From assembly GCA_951813855.1 (NCBI GenBank), contig OX638380.1, positions 2,050,876 through 2,114,875 of the forward strand: DNA of 64,000 bases, given 5' to 3'. The notes beneath the pieces were generated by a model. It did no database searches. It saw only the letters and a list, made by a program, of their open reading frames with translations, and had not been told where the DNA came from. Made by a program: the position numbers and the translations under genes. Source of the DNA: an uncultured Verrucomicrobiae bacterium (GTDB lineage: Bacteria; Verrucomicrobiota; Verrucomicrobiia; Limisphaerales; AAA164-E04). Positions 51,508 through 60,312 of the stretch are shown here, one piece after another (positions within the stretch are counted from its first letter, which is position 1; each line of letters opens with the position of its first letter).

Positions 51508-53507
51508 GTAACTGTTCAGGTGCCGAAAAAGGTTGAATTATCTGAACGCAACGGCCTGATTCTATTTCAATCCAAACTTCGCCAGCAACTGATCAGGAGA
51601 TGACATGACCGTTTCGACGAGATCCAAACTCTGCTTTTTCGCTGTGTTCACGATGCTGCACAAGCCGGCATAATCCTTGGCCCCTTGATACGTGCGAAAA
51701 CACCCAGAGATTTTCTGGCGAACTTTTATCATGCGCAAATCGTTTTCCGCTTGATTATTCGTGAAGGGGACATCCGGATCCGTCAGGAATCGCGAGGTGT
51801 CTTCCTTGTACTCCTGTAGCCTCACCGCTAGATTGTGCCCTTTCCGTTTCTTCTGCTTGCCTCGGTTTTCTGTTTCAGCGGTGGAAGGGATTCATAGTGC
51901 TGAATCGCTTGATCCAGGATTTGATCGTATTCCTCCAACATCCCACGCAGTTCTGGAAAATCGTCGGGATCTCCCCCTTTTTCCTTCTTTTTCCACCGAT
52001 TCATCCGGAGCAGAAGTTGTGGCATCTGTTCCGCCCATTTTTCTTTCGGATTGAGGTCCGACACCAGCTGAAGTTCTCTCAGGTGATGAGCGTTGCACAG
52101 GGCATGCTTCACTCCCTCAACCTTGTAATACGGTTTCCAGTGGTCGTGCACCAGGCAACCCCAAGGTTTCGGGAACATTTCTCCGCGTTTTTCGGATATC
52201 CGAAAAACCGTCAGGCACCAGGTGGCGGCTACGTGAAGCCAATGGAGCCTGCCGTTCACCCGAAAACCAGTCTCGTCCAGATTCTTGACCTTGCTGTCCT
52301 GACAGATCTTTTCCTCGAGTTTCTCGACTACGGGTTCCAAGCGTTGAGCCATTTTGCGGCACATCGTCGTTACCGTGCCCTCGGATATCCTGATCTTGAG
52401 GAAGAGTTCCAGAATTCTCACGATCTTGTTGACGGGCAACTGAATCTCCGGGTGCAAGATGCAGACCATCGCCATGAACTCTGGCCCATACGGTACCGGA
52501 GCTCTCACCGATTCCGGATATGGGGCCCGAGTTATTCCCTGGCAACAAGGACAATGCTCTTCAAGCGCCCGGTGCTCGATCACATGCACTTTGCCGTCCT
52601 TCAGATCAATGATCTGACGGCTGCTGTTATTCCCCGTCAAGTCATCGCCAACCAGCTTCGAGCCACAGTGGCGGCAGGTCTTCGGGGAGTGGTTGACGAT
52701 TAGATCCGGATCAGTTCTTGAGTGACAGGTATGTCGCTGATGGCCGACTTGGCCGCCAGGTTTCTTCCCAGACTTTTCTCTGAGGCTCCGGTTGCGATCG
52801 ACGGCAGGCTTTTTCGCCAATCCGTCCGATGAGGGAGGCTTGCTGCTGTTGCTGCTGTTCTGTTTCAGGCGGCGGTTGGCTTCATCCAGTGCCTGTTGAA
52901 GCGAGGCGATCTCTTCAGCCGCCTGATCGGTGGTGTCGTCTTTCTGCGCCTCGGAACACCCCTGTGATTCGTTCTGTTTCTTCGAAGATGGCTCCTGACT
53001 GACCTCCTGATCTCCGCGTTCGTTCTGACTCAACTTGTGGCGCAACTCAGCCAATTGCTTATGCAACTCAGCCAACTGCTCATCTCGTTCGGCCAATTGC
53101 TTATCTTTTTCGGCCAACTGCCCACGTAGCTTGGTCAATTCATCGCGCAGGTCGTTGAACCGAGAGACGTACCACTGTTTGTCGGATCCGAACAAATGAG
53201 AACGGCACGGATGAGTGTCCCCAACAGAAGCATCAGATTTGCCTTTGAGGTTTTCCCCCACGGCCTTATGGTACCTCCGATATCCGAAAAAGTCAAACTT
53301 TTTTCCAAAATCGGATTCTCGATCCACTGACGGCCCCATCTCTGGATCCTAGGAACGCCCAACTGGAGATTCTCAGCCTTCGTATGTTTCTGACCTTTCG
53401 CACCAGAAAAACCTCTCGATGGACAGGTGCACCATTCGGGGTTTGCCGACCCCCAACGGTTGGCTCTAATGCGTCAGATCAGGAAATTCCGGCACCTGAA
53501 TAGTTAC
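51508..53507 (-). mobile_element. IS66-family element type A (single-ORF), no TSD
   Basis: 18-bp TIRs GTAACTGTTCAGGTGCCG / CGGCACCTGAATAGTTAC with 1 mismatch. Confidence 0.9.
51562..53339 (-). pseudogene. IS66 transposase, frameshifted near 51865
   Basis: NSSKPPSSD, LDETGFR, LCNAHHLREL; the C-terminus GHNLAVRL...PFTNNQAENDLR is in another frame. Confidence 0.88.
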
Positions 53508-53623
53508 GAGGATTGCTGGAAGTCGACTCTGTTTGATTTGCAGAAACGCTCGCCATGATACATAATCGCACGGTTCGAGCGTTTTTGCAAGGAAAATTGA
53601 ATTTCGGATACGTAGGCAGTTAC
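53508..53623 (-). mobile_element. 116-bp left-end fragment of IS66 type B
   Basis: The reverse complement aligns, with few mismatches, to 60313 onward, including the TIR GTAACTGCCTACGTAT. Confidence 0.88.
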
Positions 53624-53712
53624 CATTTTCCCGTTTTTCAAGTAACTCCACCTAGCTAATCCAGGCTAGGTGGAATCGCAGATTCAGATCATTTAGCCCA
53701 TATGGAATATAC

Positions 53713-53946
53713 TCACCAGCCCATCCACCAACGGAACATACTGGGAGCGTAGATATCGACAAGAATATCGACAAGGTTTTTCACTCCCAGGATCAGAATA
53801 CCAATAATCATTATCCACATAGGAACACAAATAATAAAAGAAACAATCTTAAAAAGAACATCAAACCACTTCTCCCATCGGGAGGCAGTCCGGTGGCAGT
53901 GGTGGTTTCTTGCGTTCATTATCGGAGCCATCCGTCTGTCAGCCAT
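53713..53946 (-). CDS. Small membrane protein (candidate immunity protein)
   Basis: 77 aa with a long hydrophobic segment; overlaps the 3' end of the upstream AT-richer gene. Confidence 0.5.
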   Translation of the reverse strand: MADRRMAPIMNARNHHCHRTASRWEKWFDVLFKIVSFIICVPMWIMIIGILILGVKNLVDILVDIYAPSMFRWWMGW

Positions 53947-54293
53947 TCAAAAAATCCCGGTTCATTTTTCTCGTAAGGAGGAAACGGGATTCTGCCATCT
54001 TGAATCATTTGATATTCAAGCGTTGAACGAGAATCAGGCGCAACAATACCGCAAGGCGGAGGTCCTAAATGATTTATCTTGTTCGAACGTTCAGTAACAC
54101 AATCCAAAATTTCCGATATTGCGCCATCCATTGTCAAGCCGTCTTCGTGCATGCAAATAGCGAAATCGCTGCCAATTTCAATGAGGCCTATACCTAAACC
54201 AAGAAACATACCTTTTTTTACAGATTGGTTTTGAATCCGTTTTCTAGTAAGAAAATTCGAGAACGAATTCGCTTTATTTGGAGATTTCTTATA

Positions 54294-55446
54294 TCAATCT
54301 TTGCAAAAGTAATGTCATAATTGATCAGGAATTTATTAATCCGAAAAATGAAAAATATTTATTTTTTTTTGCAACGTTTTTTGTATTGAGAATGTCTATA
54401 AAGACGTGAACGATAAACCAACTCAATCTTCTCGTAATCACTATACCTATGAACTACGAACAACTGCGGTAGAAGCTGTTAAAAATGGCTCAACCGTAGC
54501 TGAAGTTGTCAGTGTAATGGGTATGTCTGCACGCACAGTATTTCGCTGGCTTGTTTGGTTTTCGACTGGGAGTTACGAAGGACTCAAAGACAATCCTAAA
54601 TCAGGACGTCCCCGTAAGATTACAGAAGAAATGGCTCAATGGTTATACAACGCGGTGACTATGGGAAATCCCAAGCAATTTCAATTCGACTTTTGCCTGT
54701 GGAGTCTCAAAACCATGCAAGTGTTATTGAAACAACAATTCGGGGTGTCGGTTCACGTTTCCACCATCAGTCGATTGCTTCATTCTATGGGATTAACTCC
54801 CCAGCGCCCCATCCACAAGTCTTACAAACAAAACCAGAAGAAAATCAAACGGTATCTGGAGATGTTTCCAGGCTTGAAACAACGAGCTGAGCAAGAGAAT
54901 GCCCTAATTCTCTTTTTGGATGAAGCGTCAGTCCGAGCTGATTATCATCGAGGAACCACTTGGTCTCGAATCGGTGTCACGCCGGTAGTTCGAGATGCCG
55001 GGGATCGCTATTCGATTAAACTAGTTTCAGCCATATCCGCTGACGGGCGGATGATATTTAACATTTTCAAAGGAAAAATGAATGCCCAGCGTTTTTGTGA
55101 GTTTTTATCGAAACTCTCTAAGGATGTGGGACGGAAAATAATTGTTGTTTGTGATAACGCCAGCTATCATACAGCAGATTATACCCAAGAGTTCGTAGCC
55201 GAAAACGATAGTATTGAAATGAAATATCTTCCTCCATACAGCCCTGAATTAAATCCCGATGAGCAGGTTTGGAACCATTTAAAGCAAAGATTAGCTAAAA
55301 TAATGATACCCAACAAAAAGACGATGCAACAGAAAATTCAAAACATTATGCAATCCATCCAAAAGAAAATGGGAATGGTCCAATCATACTTTAAATTGGA
55401 TGATACTCGATATATAATTACATGACATTACTTTTGCAATGATTGA
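54294..55446 (+). mobile_element. IS630-family element with TA duplication
   Basis: About 25-bp TIRs TCAATC(T/A)TTGCAAAAGTAATGTCAT, flanked by TA at 54292-54293 and 55447-55448. Confidence 0.92.
54406..55425 (+). CDS. IS630 family transposase (intact)
   Basis: N-terminal HTH, SGRP.K, FLDEA, VCDNASYH, LPPYSPELNPDEQVW. Confidence 0.93.
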   Translation: MNDKPTQSSRNHYTYELRTTAVEAVKNGSTVAEVVSVMGMSARTVFRWLVWFSTGSYEGLKDNPKSGRPRKITEEMAQWLYNAVTMGNPKQFQFDFCLWSLKTMQVLLKQQFGVSVHVSTISRLLHSMGLTPQRPIHKSYKQNQKKIKRYLEMFPGLKQRAEQENALILFLDEASVRADYHRGTTWSRIGVTPVVRDAGDRYSIKLVSAISADGRMIFNIFKGKMNAQRFCEFLSKLSKDVGRKIIVVCDNASYHTADYTQEFVAENDSIEMKYLPPYSPELNPDEQVWNHLKQRLAKIMIPNKKTMQQKIQNIMQSIQKKMGMVQSYFKLDDTRYIIT

Positions 55447-55936
55447 TATTCAGCAAAATCTTCTCCCAAATTAAGTTCCCCTTGGATGAGTTCTCCTGGA
55501 ACGCTTTGAATTCGTCCATAGGCCTCCGGCACAGGCAATCCGCTGGGAGCGTAATACCATATATTCACGTCTTCCAGAGTATAGACGGTCCCTGCCAATA
55601 CAGATTCCGTATATGTCACGGCATAGTATTCGTCAAACCCACCGAGTGTCCAAATCAGCGTTTCCCCAGTGGGCAACTCCCAGTGAACTTTCCCATCATC
55701 CCAAAACTGATCGTATAAATCATCTTTTGTTATATCGAGCGATATTCCAAACTGATCACATAACGCGTTGGTGTCAGCTATTAATTCGTCCAATGTGATT
55801 CCCTGAGGGCCCATGAAGGAAGCATCAGAAATCCAGTCAGGCGCTGGGCCGATAGAATCCAATTGTGGCGGAGTATATGTGAGAGTTGCAACTTCTCCGC
55901 CGAAATCGGCGACCAACAAGTCTCGCAAAGCGCTTT

Positions 55937-55963
55937 GTAACTATTCAGGTACCGAAAAAAGTT
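55937..55963. mobile_element. Orphan IS66 type A terminal inverted repeat
   Basis: GTAACTATTCAGGTACCGAAAAAAGTT resembles GTAACTGTTCAGGTGCCGAAAAAGGTT at 51508. Confidence 0.8.
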
Positions 55964-56128
55964 AGCGATTCCCACTGAAAACAGTTCAGCTTGAGTCCCA
56001 TTTGGGGCCTCCGGGAATCGAAAAATTTCAGGTGATCGGTCTCTTCCATGGACTCTCCTAGGTAATCGTGCAGCCAATACCTCGGTGCTCACCCCATGGA
56101 CAAATGGAACCCAAGCCAAGCCGCCCAG

Positions 56129-56950
56129 ACTAGCGGAAGCCGTTTGATTCGGCAAGCTCTTTCCTCGCCGTCTCGGCGCTGAAATCCTAAAGTGCGATCC
56201 ACCAGCTCCCGGCCACGGCGAACGAGAGTCCACCCGGCGACCTTCCCCAACGCAGAAGAACTCGCCGCGGACAGCGTCGATGGCGGGTCGGGATTCTATC
56301 CTAGTCGCCGTCGAATTCATCAGGCCCCGCACACTAGCGGAAACCGTTTGATTCGGCAAGCTCTTTCTTCGCCGTCTCGGCGGCGAAATCCCGGAGCGCG
56401 AACCACCAGCTCCCGGCCACGGCGAACGAGAGTCCACCCGGCGACCTTCCCCAACACAGGAAAACTCGCTGCGGACAACGTCGATGACGGGTCGGGATTC
56501 CATCTTGGTCGCCGTCGAATTCATCAGGCCCCGCACACTAGCGGAAGCCGTTTGATTCGGCAGGCCCTTTCCTCGCCGTCTCGGCGCTGAAATCCCAAAG
56601 TGCGAACCACCAGCTCCCGGCCACGGCGAACGAGAGTCCGCCCGGCGACCTTCTCCAACGCAGAAGAACTCGCCGCGAACAGCGTCGATGGCGGGTCGGG
56701 ATTCTATCCTGGTCGCCGTCGAATTCATCAGGCCCCGCACACTAGCGGAAGCCGTTTGATTCGGCAAGCCCTTTCTTCGCCGTCTCGACGCCGAAATCCT
56801 GGAGCGCGAACCACCAGCTCCCGGCCACGGCGAACGAGAGTCCACCCGACGACCTTCCCCAACGCAGAAGAACTCGCCGCGGACGGCGTCGATGGCGAGT
56901 CGGGATTCTATCCTGGTCGCCGTCGAATTCATCAGGCCCCGCACACTAGC
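56129..56950. repeat. Tandem array of four diverged 204-bp units
   Basis: ACTAGC marker at 56129, 56333, 56537, 56741 and 56945 (exact 204-bp period); units are highly similar but not identical. Confidence 0.95.
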
Positions 56951-56951
56951 C

Positions 56952-59396
56952 CTACCGAGTAGACATAAAATTACATGGCAATGGCTTTTTTGCCTGCCTC
57001 AAAACCTGCCTTATACGCTGCTTCGTATACCTCGGCACACTTGGCGCCGTAGCCGTAGCGATGTCCCAAACTCGCTCCCGAAAGCTTCGTATAGCCATAC
57101 CACATGATTTGATTTCCGGGTTCGGTATCATGCTTGCGACCGCGGTAGCCTCCCAGCTCGGCTACCAACCGAACCGCGTTGCCCAACTCATTCGGCAATT
57201 TCATCTTGAGTGCCAAGGCGTAGTGCTTTAGAAAACTCAGTTCCTCATCGCTGAACATTAATTTCGGATCGCAATCAGGCACTTGGCGACCCAAGAGCGT
57301 CATCACCATGATACGCCAAGCGATCACGGCATTGATCGCGATGGCTCGTTGTAATCTGCTGGCGGTACGGAACATCAAGTATTCGGCTTTGCATCCCGAT
57401 TTGAGGACTCGAAAAAAATCCTCGATCCGCCAACGTTGATTATAAAACCTCACCATTTCGGCGGCTTTTTCGGCATCTTTGACTTCCACGCTAGTCAATA
57501 AGTACCACTGGAGGGGTTTTTCCTCTTCGGGCGGGTCGGTTTCCTCAACATGAACGGCGGAGAGCCGGACCGGATCGGCCTGGAGATATGTTTTCGTCGC
57601 GGGCAGCGTCACGTGACAGAACCGCAACACGCAGCGCGCCACTCGCTTCTTCCGCGTCGGTCGAGCTGCCTTGCGGCTGGATTTCGGGCGTTCCGTCAGA
57701 CCGTCGACTTCAAGGCTCAAATGATCCGCGGGCCGTTGCCGTTTGATAGTGGCGAATAGTTTCGCTTCTTCAGGCTTTAATTTTCGGTCGTGTCGGGCTC
57801 GCACCAGTAGTTCCGTTCGAGGGCGTTGACGCTGAGCGTGAAATAATTCGAACATGTCCGCCTCGCGATCGCACACCGAGATAACCTGCGTTCGGCGAGT
57901 CAGTTGACTCGCCGCGTCGGCGCAATCTTTCCAGCCAGCCAACCAACGTTGTGAGGCCAAGCGTTCTGATTGGGCGGCGACTTCGGGTGTCGGATCAAAT
58001 CCCAAGCGCAACAGCCCCAAAGGCAGACCTTGATCGGTGACCGCCAAAGTAGCGTGAAGATGCAGGCCGAAGGCCTTGGCCTGGGTTTGATTCTGCCCGA
58101 TAAGGCTTAAGTCTTCGCACCCGGGGCGAGTGGTGAAATTGAAATCGGTGCCGTCTTGAATCGCCAGCACCGTCTTTTGACCGCGCATGCGTCGCAGGCT
58201 GCGTTCCCGATGTGGCGCCAAGATGTTGGGCACCGTGACCTCCGAGGTCTCCGGTTGCTCAATCAAACGATAATAGCCGCAGATCGCCGCTTCGTCGCTC
58301 TGGTCGTTGGCATTGATGGCTCGCCCCGGATACTCCGCCAGCAGCGAAGCGCTTTTGATCAGTCGGGCTGTCAAGCGCTGATCCCCCAACCTGGCTTCTC
58401 CAAACTCATTCGCGGCCCATTCTTCTGAATTCAGTCCCGCTCCGATCGGCAGCGTGGCCGCCAGCTCAACCCGGGGAACTCCCAGGCGCCGGCGCCAATC
58501 GCGCCGCAAGGGTCTCACGAATATCCGCTTGACCGTTTTTTGGCGAAGGTTTTTTCGATCCTGCCGTCCTCGCCCGGCCGTCTTCCCGACCAAGATGAAA
58601 TTAGCGGCCTTGAGACAGGTTCCTTGGTAACCCTCGTCCAGATAGGTTTCCACCAGCCAAGGTTCTTGATTGTAGCGGGTTTGGAATTCCTCGGGTAGCC
58701 GGCGCAGCAGAGTTCCTAGCAGGTGACTCGCCAGATTCCGGCAGCGGACCCTGGAGCGGATCAAGAATCGATTCAGGCAAACCATTCGATCAAGCTGAGC
58801 CTTTCGCACCGACTCCGACCAGGCTATCCAGTGATCCCGCGCCCGAACTTTCAAGGCCGCGGCGGCAAAGCCGGCGGCCCCCAAATAGCCATGCTCCGAA
58901 TGGAACAGATAGCGCAGTTGCTGACCGGCGAAAGTCGCGATCCCCTGGGGATGCTCTCGAGCGATCAGGGTGTTCCAAATGGCTCGATCCTCCGAAGTTT
59001 CAACCCAGATAATATTGAGATTCCGAACGGCCTTCAACTTGTCCGGAACCGCTTCGGGTTCCGGAATCGCCTGAGCTAACAAGCGCGGCCCCGAGGACTT
59101 CACCGACGGCTGAGCGTCCGGCAATCGGATCTCCGGGTGGTTCGACGCCAACGTTCTCAGCACCTTCAAACAACCGGCGACCTGAAGCCGGCCACCTCGA
59201 TTTCTAAAATCGAAAGTTTCGCAAACCCGGCGTCCGAAAGCATTCCGGCTCGTGAAAGTTTCAGCCGCTAAGAGGCCAATGATCCTTGATTGCGCCTCGG
59301 CGGTTTTCAAAACCAGATTGATGTTCCCTCGTTTCACACCCCGAAATTACTCGAAGTGAATCCCATTGTCCAGATCTTTTTTTATCTACACGGTAG
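56952..59396 (-). mobile_element. IS4-family element with an 8-bp target duplication
   Basis: Imperfect TIRs CTACCGAGTAGACATAAAA / TTTTATCTACACGGTAG; CACTAGCC at 56944-56951 and 59397-59404. Confidence 0.9.
56971..59337 (-). CDS. DUF4338 (DruA-like)-IS4/Tn5-like transposase fusion (intact)
   Basis: N-terminus QQLRYL, VCLNRFLI, NLASHLL, VETYLD, GTCLKAANF; C-terminus WAANEFG...GDQRLTARL, IQDGT, VCDREAD, RWRIEDFFRVLKSGC. Confidence 0.9.
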   Translation of the reverse strand: MKRGNINLVLKTAEAQSRIIGLLAAETFTSRNAFGRRVCETFDFRNRGGRLQVAGCLKVLRTLASNHPEIRLPDAQPSVKSSGPRLLAQAIPEPEAVPDKLKAVRNLNIIWVETSEDRAIWNTLIAREHPQGIATFAGQQLRYLFHSEHGYLGAAGFAAAALKVRARDHWIAWSESVRKAQLDRMVCLNRFLIRSRVRCRNLASHLLGTLLRRLPEEFQTRYNQEPWLVETYLDEGYQGTCLKAANFILVGKTAGRGRQDRKNLRQKTVKRIFVRPLRRDWRRRLGVPRVELAATLPIGAGLNSEEWAANEFGEARLGDQRLTARLIKSASLLAEYPGRAINANDQSDEAAICGYYRLIEQPETSEVTVPNILAPHRERSLRRMRGQKTVLAIQDGTDFNFTTRPGCEDLSLIGQNQTQAKAFGLHLHATLAVTDQGLPLGLLRLGFDPTPEVAAQSERLASQRWLAGWKDCADAASQLTRRTQVISVCDREADMFELFHAQRQRPRTELLVRARHDRKLKPEEAKLFATIKRQRPADHLSLEVDGLTERPKSSRKAARPTRKKRVARCVLRFCHVTLPATKTYLQADPVRLSAVHVEETDPPEEEKPLQWYLLTSVEVKDAEKAAEMVRFYNQRWRIEDFFRVLKSGCKAEYLMFRTASRLQRAIAINAVIAWRIMVMTLLGRQVPDCDPKLMFSDEELSFLKHYALALKMKLPNELGNAVRLVAELGGYRGRKHDTEPGNQIMWYGYTKLSGASLGHRYGYGAKCAEVYEAAYKAGFEAGKKAIAM

Positions 59397-59620
59397 CACT
59401 AGCCCGCAAATCTCACCAGCCCCTAAAGCATAAAAATTGGTAACCCCGAATGGCGAACATCCATTTCCGATCTCGTGGACATGGACTCCCAATCGAAGGT
59501 TCTTGGTCGAACTACTCCCAAATGGCATCCATCCAGTCCTTCGAGAGATTTTTCCGATGCGAAAGGCCAGGATCATCCGAAGGCGGAGAATCCCCAGTCG
59601 AGCGTTCTTAGGATCCAGAG

Positions 59621-60283
59621 ATGGCTCCGTCAGTGGATCGAGAATCCGATTTCGGGAAAAAGTTTGACTGTCTCGTATATCGGGGGTATGAAATGGACGT
59701 GAGGGGAAGCCTCAAAGGCAAATCAGATGGCTCTGTCGGGAACACTCAACCGTGCCGTTCTCATTTGTTCGAGTCCGACAAACAGTGGCACGTCTCTCGG
59801 TTCAGCGACCTGCGCGATGAATTGACCGAGCTACGTGAGCAGTTGGCCGAACGAGATATGCAGTTGGCTGATTTGCGCCACAAGTTGAGTCAGGACGAAC
59901 GCGGAGGTCAGGAGGTCAGTCAGGAGCCCTCTTCGAAGAAACCGAACGAATCACAGGGGTGTTCCGAGTCGCAGAAAGACGCCGACTCCGATCAGGCGGA
60001 TGAAGAGATCGCCCTGATTCGGCAAGCGCTGGATGAAGCCAACCGCCGCCTGAAACAGAACAGCAGCAACAGCGGCAAGCCTCCCTCATCGGACGGATTG
60101 GCTAAAAAGCCTGTCGCCGATCGCAACCGGAGCCTCAGAGAAAAGTCTGGAAAGAAACCTGGCGGACAGGCCGGCCATCAGGGACATACCTGCCAACCGA
60201 GAACTGATCCGGATCAAATCGTCAACCACTTCCCGGATACCTGCCGCCACTGTGGCTCGAAGCTGGTTGGGGCTCTCGCCTAA
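59621..60283 (+). pseudogene. 3'-truncated IS66 type A transposase
   Basis: Near-copy of the N-terminus of 51828..53339; homology stops at ~60268. Confidence 0.85.
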
Positions 60284-60312
60284 ATAACATATTTGTTCAA
60301 ATGATTAAATCT

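Larger units (their letters stand above)
53919..55936 (-). pseudogene. AT-richer gene split by IS630 and 5'-truncated by an IS66 end
   Basis: Removing IS630 plus one TA joins ORFs 55428..55928 and 53919..54209 in frame with no stop (..EDFAEY-KKSPNKANSFSNFLTRKRIQNQSVKKG-MFLGLG..). Confidence 0.8.

Noticed and set aside
56129-56950. CRISPR or TIGR-type guide array
   Set aside because: Units are 204 bp and similar along their whole length, with no unique spacers; no cas or Tas-like gene is adjacent.
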